From Octopus bimaculoides (lineage: Eukaryota): DNA of 64,000 nucleotides. The notes beneath the pieces are model-generated. The model did no database searches. It saw nothing but the letters and a program-made list of their open reading frames with translations, and was not told the origin of the DNA. The position numbers and the translations under genes were made by a program. Location: assembly GCF_001194135.2 (NCBI RefSeq), contig NC_068985.1:25745772-25809771 (forward strand), given 5' to 3'. Below are positions 1 through 12,632 of the stretch, piece after piece. Position 1 is the stretch's first letter. The number at the start of each line of letters is the position of its first letter.

Positions 1-699
1 GTGTACGCGTAAGTGTGTGTGTGTGTTTCTGACTTTAACGCTGTTCTCTCATACGCTTCCCTTTTGTCCTAAAAGTGATTTATTCACCTTGCTGTGTGAG
101 ACTTCGTTCCACAAAATGAACAGTACCATTCATAAATGACAGGTTTTATATATCCCACACCCTTTCTTTTCACTTCACTCTGTTTCCTCTCCCCTATTTC
201 AGTATGATACTTGAATTTCTTTCTGTTTCTCTTTCATTCCATCGTTGTCTGCACATTTGATACTATATCATATTATATGTCTAATTTCCTTTCTCTGTTG
301 TAGAGCTTTGTCTTTCTTCTTTCTCTCTCTCTCTACTCTCTTATTTTCCCTATATTTTCCTTCTCACACTTATTTTTCTCCTTCGTACCTGTCTTTTTGT
401 ACGATTACCTATCTCACAAACTGTTGCCTTCCACCTGTCTATCGAATCTAACGCGCTTTATAACACTTTCTTTCTGTCTCCTACACTTCTCTCATCATAG
501 CTATTACTTCGTCCTTTAGACTGACAGAAATAAGGAAAACAACTAACAAAAAACTTAAGACATGACAATCATCCAAAACGTGAAGGGTACCCCAGTATAT
601 CACGCAGTCTGTAAGATCTCCCGTCTCCTAACCTGCAATCGATTCTGTTAATCCTCTCCCAACAGTTTATCTACCAACTTTTAGGTATACCTCTTCCTG

Positions 700-1075
700 G
701 AAATTCTCAAATACAATGGCTCTATATGCTCTATATGCAGTATTCTCTACATTTACTGTCAGTACTGCATCCAACTCCATACTGCTCTCACGAGATAATC
801 TCCAAAATTCTAGCTTTCTGCAGTGCCAGACAGAACAACAAATACAAATATACTCAAGCTGCATTTCAAAAATCTCTATAAGAGGAATCTGCTCAAAAAA
901 TGTATTGATTAAAAAGTATGAAATGTGGAAATGTTGCTAACTACTGAATAGCTTGGAGGACAGCAATCAACAGAAGTGTCAATATTACGGAAAAGGCGGC
1001 AAATACATCTTTCCAGTTGAAACAGCAAAGAAGAAAGGGAAACAAAATTTCAACAGGCAGTGCCTCGCTGATTAG
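700..1075 (+). mobile_element. Degenerate RTE-like LINE C-terminal fragment
   Basis: Remnant AWRTAINRSV...KQQRRKG, resembling the RTE W..A..R..WR.AI..KR.RRK motif. Confidence 0.4.
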
Positions 1076-1372
1076 TGGCTTCTTTTGATGATTCTATCGT
1101 ACCAGCACTGAAGAAATCGACCATGAGCGAAACTCGGCAAGTTTATAACGTTGCTATTAAGACCGTCTGTAACAAATGACAAAAGCTATTTATATCGCAT
1201 ACTGTTAGTTGGCCATTGACTTTCTTAAGTTTATCTACTCTTAGACCGATTCTTTTCTTCACGCAGGATATTCAAAATTCGCGCAAGATATTCTTTAGCT
1301 ATTTGGTTTTGCTGTATCCAAGCAACAATGACAACAACAACACACGTACGCACACACACAGACACACACACA

Positions 1373-1409
<37 letters not shown>

Positions 1410-1464
1410 ATTCATTCATTCTTTCGCACATATACCCATATCACTCAACATTTTGCTTTGCTTA

Positions 1465-1760
1465 TGATAGCCCATCAAAGGTCATGACAGTGCCAATCCA
1501 AAACATTCATTCTCCTCCACCTCCAGCACACTGTTTTTCATGGGAGCAGACGTGACTGAGAAGACCGATACGAGATAAGCCGATCCGGTGGCCTTGAGGC
1601 CACAGAATGTGATCGAGATCAACAACCGCGGTGGGGGTGGGGGGAGTGATGACGACGTCTCTTCCTCTCTTCGTACAGTTTCTTGCGTTCGGTTTCAAAG
1701 TACTCTGCTCTAGCATCACACCCAGACTTCCATTCCGATTAACAGCCAGGGGTCCCGATC
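1465..1760 (-). mobile_element. RTE-like LINE 3' end (degenerate)
   Basis: KRGR..P.P..; GLSRIGLLSHVCSH resembles the C-terminal SRIGL.SH motif of RTE ORF2. Confidence 0.55.
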
Positions 1761-2095
1761 ATACTATACACCGTATAGTATGAAAGACAGCATCAGATGA
1801 TCATGAAAATGAAGTTTTGGACGTCCATGAAGTTTTGATCGTTCCAGTCTTGAGTCCATCTTTTAGTGTCGGTTACCTGGCATCCGAATCACACCGTCAA
1901 TCCAGCGGAGAAGACGACAAAGGATGCAGACCTCAATGTTGTAGATCGCAGTCCCAAGGAGGACTTTAATATGAGGCACTTTTGCCCTCTCACGCGAGAC
2001 CGAGGATACTTTGGAGTGATCTGATCACCCAAAAACAAAATTAACATTATACATATACACAAATAAAATTACACGTACATACTTTGTTTCCCTCT

Positions 2096-2098
<3 letters not shown>

Positions 2099-2160
<62 letters not shown>
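2099..2160. repeat. (CT)n microsatellite bordering an assembly gap
   Basis: Direct reading; (AG)n tracts also at 46013-46045 and 56219-56261. Confidence 0.97.
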
Positions 2161-2678
2161 NNNNNNNNNNNNNNNNNNNNNNNNNNNNNNNNNNNNNNNN
2201 NNNNNNNNNNNNNNNNNNNNNNNNNNNNNNNNNNNNNNNNNNNNNNNNNNNNNNNNNNNNNNNNNNNNNNNNNNNNNNNNNNNNNNNNNNNNNNNNNNNN
2301 NNNNNNNNNNNNNNNNNNNNNNNNNNNNNNNNNNNNNNNNNNNNNNNNNNNNNNNNNNNNNNNNNNNNNNNNNNNNNNNNNNNNNNNNNNNNNNNNNNNN
2401 NNNNNNNNNNNNNNNNNNNNNNNNNNNNNNNNNNNNNNNNNNNNNNNNNNNNNNNNNNNNNNNNNNNNCCCTCTCCCTCTTTTCCTGCGCAAGTAATTCT
2501 TCACCTTCTTTCTTTCTTTCCTTTCTTTCTACACTCCTTGCGCCTAACGTCAAAAATGAATAAGCACATTCCCAAGCAATACATCATTTAAGTTCTAAAT
2601 AATCATTTATTCAAAAGCTAAAACGAATATACACCCAACAAACATCTCACCCCTTCTCTCCCTATATCCTCCACCCCG

Positions 2679-2710
<32 letters not shown>

Positions 2711-3137
2711 GCACACGCACATATATACATACATACATACATACATACATACATACATACATACATACATACATACGTACATACGTAAATAGATGTTGTT
2801 GATTTGTGTTTGTGTTTAATTGCAGTTCAGCACATATAAGAGTTACGATTGAAAGCAATCCACCCATAACCATCACACACACACACACACACACGTTTTT
2901 CGTGTCCTTGTGTCTGTGTTTATTCCCCCACGATCGCTTGGCAACCGATATTGGTGTGTTTGTGTTCCCGTAACTTAAAGGTTCGGCAAAAGGGACCGAT
3001 GGAATACGTACTAGGCTTAGAAAAAGTAAGTCCTAGGGTCGATTTCTTCGACTAAAACTCTTTAAGGTGGTGCTCCAGCATGGCCGCAGTCAAATGAGTG
3101 AAACAAGTAAAAGAATAAAAGAATATGTATATATATA

Positions 3138-3450
3138 TCTTGGCTTCGCTTCGCTGACGAAGATTAGGAAGGCTGCTGTCCACGTCGTTTGCACGCTGGT
3201 TCGTGGCTGATAAGGCCGATGTGGGATCGACATATCCAATTGCAATGATGAGAGAGGTATGGTTGTCCAGGGTCTGATGATGCAGGTGCATTATTTTTTC
3301 GCCTCTGATGTTTGTCTTCAAGAGAGGCACTGCGAGAGATCTCAAAGTAGGAAACAGCATCGTTGATGGTATGGCGCCAAGCAACACGGTCAGCTGTTAG
3401 AGTGGACCACGCACGATAACCAATGTCACAAACGCTAAGGGACTGCTTCA
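3138..3450 (-). mobile_element. RTE/BovB-like LINE 3' end
   Basis: WSTLTADRVAWRHTI..FE..RRK..C.WICRSHIGLISH, then the terminal TCTTCGTCAGCGAAGCGAAGCCAAGA. Confidence 0.75.
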
Positions 3451-4112
3451 GGCAGTCCTTCTAAAGCTTCTTTATCTACAAACATCGTTTATCTAAATAC
3501 ACGATACACGATATTTGTGTCTACGGCATCCAGTGTCGTGTTAAGGTTAGCTTTAACAAACTGGGTGATACGTAAAAAATAAACGTAAGCAATTTTCCAA
3601 TAAATTAATTTAAAAAAAAAACTTTTGCTATTTTTCATGGGGAAATATTACAGATTGTCATTTACCAAAGATGGCACCGGAGAAACGTTCACATAATTCG
3701 ATGAAGAAAACCATGTCATTGTTCAACATTCTATTTGAAAAATGGGAAAATTTGTAGTAAACCGAAAGATCTGGAAACTAGCATGTAGACTAGGAGAGTT
3801 ACTGCAGACCTTGTTCGATATCAGCAGGCCGAAGACAAGGGGAAAAAAAGAGTCCAGCAGCAGCTTCTATGACAGGTACCGTATGCAAAGCTTAGATACA
3901 CGCTCTCTGAACAAAAAGTTACGGCAGTATAAAATGGAGACATCGTCATCAATGATCAGTAAAAGAGGAAGAGAAATAGCCTCTACTTAGAAGTTGTGCT
4001 AAGGAAAATTTTTCATGTTTTTGTTTGCAGTAAATGTTGTCCCTTATACATATGATTTATTGCATAAAATATTAATAAACATTTTACATTTTATCAAATA
4101 TTTCAAAATAAG

Positions 4113-4301
4113 TACCGTATTTTAACGTGCATAAGGAACCCTTCTTTGTCAAAAATTTGGTTAAAAAAATATAGAAGTTTCTTATTCAGGGATAATATTA
4201 TAATCCCTTACAAAACCTTTTTTCCAAATTTTAAGCACCCCCCCCCCTAAATTAGGGGGTTCCTTATACACGAGGGTTCCTAATATACGTTAAATACGGT
4301 A
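4113..4301. mobile_element. Tc2/pogo-type MITE
   Basis: TIRs TA-CCGTATTTTAACGTGCATAAGGAACCC / GGGTTCCTAATATACGTTAAATACGG-TA. Confidence 0.8.
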
Positions 4302-4324
4302 TATTTTGACTTCACAAATCTTTG

Positions 4325-4722
4325 TGTGCGTGTGGCTGTGTAGTAAGAAGTTTGCTTCCCAACCACATAGTTCCGGGTTCAGTTCCATTACGTGGCACCT
4401 TGTGCAAGTGTCTTCTACTATAGCCTCGGGCCGATCAAAACCTTGTAAGTGGATTTGGTAGATGGAAACTGAAATAAGCACGTTGCGTGTGTGTATGTAT
4501 ATATATATATATATATATATATAAGTGTGTTTTTGTGTCTGTGTTTGTCCCCCACTTGACAACCAATATTGGCGTGCTTGCGCCCCCGTAACTTAGCGGT
4601 TCGGTAAAAATTACTCGGCTTAAAATAAATAAATCCTGAGGTCGATTCGTTCGACTAAAACCCTTCAAAGTGGTACTCCAGCATGGCCGCAGCCAAATGA
4701 CTGAAACAAGTAAAAGATAAAC
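4325..4722 (+). mobile_element. tRNA-derived SINE family B (full length)
   Basis: Head GTGGCTGTGTAGTAAG..GGGTTCAGTTCC; body GGCACCTTG.GCAAGTGTCTTCTACTATAG; internal (TA)n; tail CCAGCATGGCCGCAG..GAAACAAGTAAAAGA. Confidence 0.9.
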
Positions 4723-5914
4723 GACAAACTAAACTGCATGTCAATCTAAGTTTCGCCCATATGTTGGGAAACACTGTCGTCGTTAACTGCTATGTTGGCC
4801 AGTACATAAGCAAAACGACATGAAACTCATGGTTCTAAGTTGCGTTCTATTTGCGATACTTCACTAGGTTAACATGGGCTAAAGGCCCATGTTAACAGTA
4901 TGAATGTCATAACTTCCTACTTTGGTGCTTGTGCCAGTCAATGTGAAAATTTCAACATGATTGCCAGTAACAAGAGCTAAACCACCTCAAACAAAATCTT
5001 ATCGTCTTAAGTAATAAGATAACGTTGCCTTCTGCCGTAATTTCATTCACATTTAAAATGTCTCATAGAAATATTAAACCGACTTCACTACATGGCAGGT
5101 ACTTTATTTATCGACCCCGAAATGAAGAAGGGCAAAGTTGACTTCAACAGAACTTTAACTCAGAGCATAAAGGGTCGTAACTAAATACCGCATGGCATTT
5201 TGTCCGGCGCTCTAACGATTCTTCCATTATACTGATAGCCGCGAATTGGCAGACTCGAATGGAATTACTGCATTTGTTTTATCTCTCTACGCTCCAAATT
5301 TAAATCCCTTCGGATTCGATAAAGCACCATTCAAGTACTGAAGCTGTCTCCTTCTTTTTCTCTCCCTCGCTCCTTCCCTCCTTCATCTCCCTCTCCCCTC
5401 CTGAATCGGCAATATTGGACAGGACAAGAAAGCTTTTGCATCACCGCTCTACGAATCATTTCACCATTCCTCTGTAAATTCTCTATAATAGAATAAAAAC
5501 CTTATGTGTCTCTAAAAAGACAGGATGGTCCTGGCTGAGGTGCCTTTGAGCCCTTAAATAAGGGTTCATATCTGAATTTCATTCATTTGCAGCCAGTTCT
5601 GTTTATGATAAATATTAAGGTTTTACTGACATTGCAAAAGGAGGAGCTGACTGAATCGTTCTCAAAGTATGACTGATGTTTACTTTTAAAACCCCCAGCA
5701 CGATACACTACCGTTCTACCGTTGTTCTATAGACCACGGTAGATTTTAAACTCAGAACATAAAGACGGACGATAAGCCGCTAAACATTTTACCCGGCGTG
5801 TTTGATGTTTCTGCCAACTTGCCCAATAATTTTGATATTGAAATCTTTATAAACCTTCCGTTTGGAAGAAAACGATGTCATAGCTGATTAGCTCTAATGC
5901 CAATAAGATATATA

Positions 5915-6240
5915 TATCTCTGCCGCTTACGACGATTAATGTCCCAGTCGTTCGATCATGAAAACGTCTATTCGCTGAATTAGTAAGTGGCTGAGTATTC
6001 GACAGACCCTTCAAATAATTCTCATAGAGATTCTGCGTGATAGAGACTGGCCCTTTGAATTGCATGTGCAATTCATTCAACAGATTTCCTGACAGTTCCC
6101 ATCTACCCAATTTCACTCACAAGGCTTGAGTAACTCTAAGTTACGGTAAATGACATTTTCACAATATACCACGCAGTATGATCGAAACCGAAACTTCGTA
6201 GTGGCGAAGCGAATTTCCTAACCATCCATCTATACCGGTG
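5915..6240 (-). mobile_element. Old SINE with family B head/body and family A tail
   Basis: AAGCCTTGTGAGTGAAATTGGGTAGATGGGAACTG (B body) joined to TTCAAAGGGCCAG..CAGCCACTT..TCGTCGTAAGCGGCAGAG (A tail). Confidence 0.6.
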
Positions 6241-6561
6241 CTGATCTTTCTTGAAGTATGAAAGGTAAAAATTGTCAAAAAATATAAAGTTCGACTGCTT
6301 CAAAGCTTTAGATAAAATTTGTACTATTTCGTTTAATATTCAGCCAACAGTAAAATTGTTTCTTATATTGGTTCAACACCTTAAATATGACTAGAAGACA
6401 AAAATGCATCGAATCGACTCTTATACAAGATTCTTATATCGTAGCAAAACAAAACTAAGCACAGTAATGCATTTAATATGGATAATGTCTTCTATATTGA
6501 TTTCAAACAGAAGCACAAGGTTACAATTTTTGATAGGAGGGTATTGTCATTTATTTTGAAT

Positions 6562-7008
6562 TGTAACGGGTGTTTTCCATGCTCACGTCGGGGGCATCAA
6601 ATACAACGGTTGATGTATTTTTACATCGGGAAGTCAACGTAGTTATCAAAATGTAATGGGTGTGATGTCGAAGAGAAAGAAGAACAGTAGTCGAAGCTGC
6701 TGTTGACTCCAAATTTTATTTACCGTTACATTACATGTATAGCCATGTCTCGGCGGGCAGGCACGTATAAAAATAATCGAGAGTTAATTTTTCTTTGTAT
6801 AAGTGTATATAATGTTCTTGTAATTGTAGTAGTAGGAAAGAGATAGACAGAGTGATGCTTGTTAGAAGAGAAAGATGAGCTAGTGAGAGAATGAGAGACA
6901 GTAGAGGGAAGTTGTATCATAGCGACCGATTGCTTTCTCTCGTCCTCTGATTTGCCCCCAGTGTTTTGCCTGCCTCTAAGTTCTCTCACTAACTGACTTT
7001 ATCCTACA
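6562..7008. repeat. Two adjacent TG...CA-bounded LTR-like modules
   Basis: 6562-6730 has 8-bp TIRs TGTAACGG/CCGTTACA. 6736-7008 reads TGTAGG...TATACA on the minus strand. No convincing TSD. Confidence 0.35.
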
Positions 7009-7905
7009 TGTTTCTAGTATTTATAAATATGCAGGCTAGCTAGAAAAAGAGGTATATCGTTGAGAACAATGGGTTGTTCGATGTAGGTCGGCTCTTATTC
7101 CATTGCAACTCTTCATGGCATACAAAAGGTTAAGAGTCAAGTGGAAAGCACATCAATTGACTTGGCAAAGCCATGTGTTGAATGTAACTCCTATCAACTT
7201 CCATTTTTCTGTGAGAAAAATGCTGTTGAAATGTTAGGGGAAATTTGCCGATTCAGGTTTGAATCTACTCTATGCCCAAATGAAGTACTACAGAAACCAG
7301 TATTTCATGATCCCAGAAATATTAAAAGAAAAATCAACCTCGGCCAGGATCAAACTCAGAATATAAGTGGGTGTTACTAAATACTGCAAGCCATTTTGTC
7401 TGACTTTCTTACGAGCCACCACCGTCAAAGCAATATTTTAAAGCAAAAAAGAAAACGCCCGAAAGAAAATAGTGAACTAATAGGTGTATAGAAGAAAAAG
7501 AGAAAAAAGAAATGAAACTGGAGTATTAAGGCAACAAGAATATTTCCATTTTCAATGAGTCGCATGTATTTCCAAGCATTGTTTCAAATAAATGCAGAAA
7601 CCTGTTTGCCAACTTTAGAAACTGAAAATATACCACAATGTCTAGCTTCTTTTTGTTCCTTTATATATTCTTTAACCCTATTCAATAGTAACTTATTGTC
7701 ATGGGCGAGGCTGATGCTAGCTTTGAGGAAGCTTTAAGAAAGCTAACTTCGATTTTAGAAAACCTTATAAAAGTCAAGAAAATGTTATCTGTTTGTCCGT
7801 TCATTGCAACAAACTGCATATTGGAAAAAAAAACATTATTTGATTTAATTTACACCCTTATATATATATGTGAGTGCATGTGTGTGTGTGAGTACAACAT
7901 ACATA

Positions 7906-8295
7906 TTAGTTAGTTAGTTGGCACTCCGTCGCTTACGACGTCGAGGGTTCCACTTGATCCGACCAACGGAACAGTCTGTTCGTGAAATTAACGTGCAAGT
8001 GGCTGATCACTCCACAGACACGTGTACCCTTAACGTAGTTCTCTGGGATATTCAGCGTGACACAGTGTGACAAGGCTGACCCTTTGAATTACAGGTACAA
8101 CAGAAACAGGAAGAAAGAGTGAGAGAAAGTTGTAGTGGAAGAGTACAGCAGGGTTCGCCACCATCCCCTGCCGGAGCCTCGTGGAGCTTTGGGTGTTTTC
8201 GCTCAATAAACACTCACAACGCCCGGTCTGGGATTCGAAACCGCGATTCTATGACCGCGAGTTCGCTGCCCTAACCACTGGGCCCTTGCGCCTCC
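7906..8295 (-). mobile_element. tRNA-derived SINE family A (full length)
   Basis: Head GGAGGCGCAA.GGCCCAGTGGTTAGGG (A box) and GGTTTCGAATCCC (B box); conserved body; tail ..GACGTCGTAAGCGACGGAGTGCCAAC followed by a short repeat. Confidence 0.9.
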
Positions 8296-9139
8296 ACACA
8301 ACATACATATATGTATACATATTCATGTTCTTTATATGTTCATTTATAATAAAAACAATTTTACATTAATCTGATGTACTCTACTCTTGTAGAGTACATG
8401 TGTGTGTATGGGCATGCGCGCGTGTGTGTATGTATGTAAATGCATACATATGTGTGTAGATATTCATATGTATATGTGTGTGAGTGTGAGGCACGTACCA
8501 TCAGTAATTACTCAGGGAAGGCAGTAGGCGACCTTTATGTAGTAAAATACACAAAAAATAAGCGAAACACAGGCGCGCGACTGAGTTGAAGGCAGATTTA
8601 TTTCTGCCTTTTTAGCCCGTAAAGAAAACGGTGTGGTTGAAATGTACGCAGCACATGTACTACAACAATACTATACGTAGCTTAAATACCGAGATTGAAA
8701 AGCAGGGGCGAATTATGCCTACCTAATCTACAAAAAATAAAACGTTTTGCATTTTATGCATTGTAATCAAACTAACCTTCATAATTTTTCTGAATTAGGT
8801 GCATATTTTGCCATGAGAGGGAAATGTTGCTATCGATCTATTTTTTTCAAGGTAGGCACTGCCTACATTCCCTGCCTAGGCGACACATTCCTAATGTGTA
8901 TATATGCATATATATATATATGTATATATNNNNNNNNNNNNNNNNNNNNNNNNNNNNNNNNNNNNNNNNNNNNNNNNNNNNNNNNNNNNNNNNNNNNNNN
9001 NNNNNNNNNNNNNNNNNNNNNNNNNNNNNNNNNNNNNNNNNNNNNNNNNNNNNNNNNNNNNNNTTTTGCATACTGAACTACTTGGCAAAATTGTTAATTA
9101 TTAATTTTATTAATTAATTGGCAATTCCCTGCCCTATAT

Positions 9140-9362
9140 ATCTATATATGTATATATGTATACATATATATATATATGTATAAATGTATACATATACATA
9201 TATATGTATACATATATATGTATATATGTATATGTATACATATATATGTATTTATGTATATATATATATTTATGTATATATATGTGTGTATATATATGTA
9301 TATATATATATGTATATATGTGTATATATATGTATATATGTGTATATACATATACACATATA
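9140..9362. repeat. (TA)n/(TATG)n-type low-complexity tract
   Basis: Direct reading. Similar tracts at 10845-11070, 2690-2785, 12040-12155, 55075-55200 and next to most N gaps. Confidence 0.95.
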
Positions 9363-10513
9363 TCTTCTCATAAGTCCAATGTGAATGTAACTGTTATCCT
9401 GATGAAGGCGTCAATGCCGGATTGCACCTTGGTGTAACTGAACTACGATTGTAAACTCCTGAAATGGCCATAGATACTTGTGTGTTACTTTTGACCGGTG
9501 TGCTTATATGAACTTTTGAAAGGTCTTGCGAGTAGAGACAACTTTTTCAGGATGTTTGGGATTTTACCTGTGGAAGACGGCTTTATTTGAACTTGTACCG
9601 GTTGAGGGAAGTATTAGACCATTTCAAACATAATATATATATATATATATGTACCTTAATCCCCTGAGATTGCAGATAATATTTCTGAATCTCTTTGATT
9701 CTTTAGATGTGCTGGCCTACTGATAATTAATCGATATTAATTAATATATGACTAATTACCAGATTTTATAATAATATANNNNNNNNNNNNNNNNNNNNNN
9801 NNNNNNNNNNNNNNNNNNNNNNNNNNNNNNNNNNNNNNNNNNNNNNNNNNNNNNNNNNNNNNNNNNNNNNNNNNNNNNNNNNNNNNNNNNNNNNNNNNNN
9901 NNNNNNNNNNNNNNNNNNNNNNNNNNNNNNNNNNNNNNNNNNNNNNNNNNNNNNNNNNNNNNNNNNNNNNNNNNNNNNNNNNNNNNNNNNNNNNNNNNNN
10001 NNNNNNNNNNNNNNNNNNNNNNNNNNNNNNNNNNNNNNNNNNNNNNNNNNNNNNNNNNNNNNNNNNNNNNNNNNNNNNNNNNNNNNNNNNNNNNNNNNNN
10101 NNNNNNNNNNNNNNNNNNNNNNNNNNNNNNNNNNNNNNNNNNNNNNNNNNNNNNNNNNNNNNNNNNNNNNNNNNNNNNNNNNNNNNNNNNNNNNNNNNNN
10201 NNNNNNNNNNNNNNNNNNNNNNNNNNNNNNNNNNNNNNNNNNNNNNNNNNNNNNNNNNNNNNNNNNNNNNNNNNNNNNNNNNNNNNNNNNNNNNNNNNNN
10301 NNNNNNNNNNNNNNNNNNNNNNNNNNNNNNNNNNNNNNNNNNNNNNNNNNNNNNNNNNNNNNNNNNNNNNNNNNNNNNNNNNNNNNNNNNNNNNNNNNNN
10401 NNNNNNNNNNNNNNNNNNNNNNNNNNNNNNNNNNNNNNNNNNNNNNNNNNNNNNNNNNNNNNNNNNNNNNNNNNNNNNNNNNNNNNNNNNNNNNNNNNNN
10501 NNNNNNNNNNNNN

Positions 10514-10830
10514 ACTGCAGCAGCCTCGGTTTCAGAGGACCTCAGCTCTTCAACGCCCTGCCAAAACATTTGAGAGACATGCAAGACATGGATGCGGAGG
10601 TCTTCAAGACAAAACTTGACGCTTTCCTCTCCACGATACCAGACGAACCAATGGCTCGTAATGAGACGCAGTTTAGGGCAGCTGTGTCAAATTCTCTTAT
10701 ACACCAGATGTGCCATCAAAACTCTTGATTGGACCATGTCAGGTGGGGGAGAAGAGCCATGCAAGGAACGTGAAAATCACGGTGGTGCACCAGCATGACC
10801 GCAGCCACTTGGCTGAAACACAAAAATAAA
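10514..10830 (+). mobile_element. CR1/L2-group LINE 3' end and 3' UTR
   Basis: FRGPQLFNALPKHLRDM..FKTKLDAFLSTIPDEP is the typical ORF2 C-terminus; the 3' end is GGTGGTGCACCAGCATGACCGCAGCC...GAAAC. Confidence 0.8.
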
Positions 10831-11134
10831 AAATATTAAAAAAATATATGTATATATATACATGTATATATATATATGTATATATATGTATATGTATATG
10901 TATATATGTATAAATGTATGTATATATATATATATGCATATATATGTATATATATATATGTATATATATGTATATACATATGTATACAAATATGTATATA
11001 TATATATGTATATATATGTATGCATGTATATTTATATATGTATATATATATGTACATTTATATATATACAATTATTCGGTAGCCATGATAAAACTCCGAG
11101 TTTCGGATGTCGGCGTGGATTTTCATCGATGAGT

Positions 11135-11372
11135 TCATGAACCTTTCCCGAGCCATGCCAGCTCCCAAGGGCCGGTTTCCAGGTTTCCATGACGTATATA
11201 TTACTCACCTGGACGGGACACTGGTCCGTCGCAGGATTACTCATTTTTGCCAGCTAAGTGGACTGGAGCAATGTAAAATGAAGTGTTTTGCTCAAGAACA
11301 AAACACGTCACCCGTTCAAGGAATCGAAACCACAATATTACGATCATAAATCCAACACCCTAACCACGGGCC
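11135..11372 (-). mobile_element. SINE with family D head/CORE-like domain and a CCTGCGA.GGAC..TCCCGTCCAGG-type 3' part
   Basis: Direct reading of the minus strand. Confidence 0.75.
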
Positions 11373-11433
11373 TTCACTATATCATTTGACTCATTATCAT
11401 GAAAAAATCCTACTTTCAATTGGATCCTGCAAA

Positions 11434-11472
<39 letters not shown>

Positions 11473-11495
11473 NNNNNNNNNNNNNNNNNNNNNNN

Positions 11496-11585
<90 letters not shown>

Positions 11586-12047
11586 TCTACATATATGCAT
11601 ACATGTATAAGTATAGTTATTATCAGTAGTGTAAATTTCATGAAGTACCGCTTCCGTCAAATAGAGACTAAGTTGAATATCCAATTCTGACCCTAATAAG
11701 CCAATGTGGAAACTTTTGCATGGTCATCCGACATACTAGAAAGAGCAGCCAAATATCTCTCAAACCCCACAGTTTTCAAATAGAAGGACACACTGAATAA
11801 TGTAGTCCGAGATATAAGTGAGGACGGTATGGTCACGACTAGAGTTCTTTTTGATCATAGGTCTCCTCGACCAATGTTGGGTTGGAGCTAAGCAACAGAA
11901 ATAGCTACAATCCAGTTCAAGGTATTTCAATTGAGATTCAGTTTTCGAAAGAAACTATTTCATTTCCCATGTGTCATTTAGAATGATGGGAAAAATCAAA
12001 ATTTTCATACATCCCTCTCATAACACACACAAATGTTTGCATGTATG

Positions 12048-12079
<32 letters not shown>

Positions 12080-12550
12080 CATGTACATACATACATACAT
12101 ACATACATACATACATACATACATGCACACATACATACACACACACATGTATGTATGTGAGTGCTCTTGTACCTACGTGAAAAATCAATGACAATGTTGA
12201 TAATGTCCTCAGATGTCACGCTGGAAATCATGTGAACAACTTCTCAAAAAGAGATTTGAAAGTAAGACAGGTTATTCAGTTTCAAAATAAATAAGTTAAA
12301 TGTTATACAATATCTTTATATAATTTCTCAAATCCTATATACTGAGCGAAAAGTCCAGTTGTCGTCTCTGCCGTCTACGCTACTTGGATTCTGGTGTACT
12401 CCAGTCAGTTTGTGACCGCTTGACCCTTTATAAATTTACATTGCATCATATAATTTGTACCTACACATATGATGTGTTGAACTGAATACAGTAGATCAGC
12501 GGTGAGATAAAATTATGAAAAAAACTATATTCAATTGAATCCTGCAAATG

Positions 12551-12589
<39 letters not shown>

Positions 12590-12632
12590 TATTATTAAAG
12601 CTGTAAAAACATCACAAAAATATTACAAAATA

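Noticed and set aside
1105-1140. CTGAAGA...GAGCGAAACTC hammerhead-like spacing
   Set aside because: Stem II pairs at only two positions and there is no UH triplet with stem I support.
3660-3990. Possible pogo/Tc2 transposase N-terminal remnant near the 4113 MITE
   Set aside because: Only a loose resemblance (SSMISKRGREIA) to a CENP-B-type HTH; no catalytic motifs or matching TIR.
7906-8295. tRNA-like A/B boxes in SINE heads
   Set aside because: No complete cloverleaf or acceptor stem, and each head continues into a SINE body; not tRNA genes.
9412-9445. CTGATGAAGGC-GTCAAT-GCC hammerhead-like start
   Set aside because: GAAA is replaced by GGAT and I find no stem I or stem III pairing; too degraded to call.
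9142-11140. Many YI/MY/CI-rich ORFs, plus poly-N, poly-L and HT/VC ORFs elsewhere (e.g. 17578-17811)
   Set aside because: Translations of (TA)n, (TATG)n, (CA)n and (AAT)n repeats on both strands; no coding signal.
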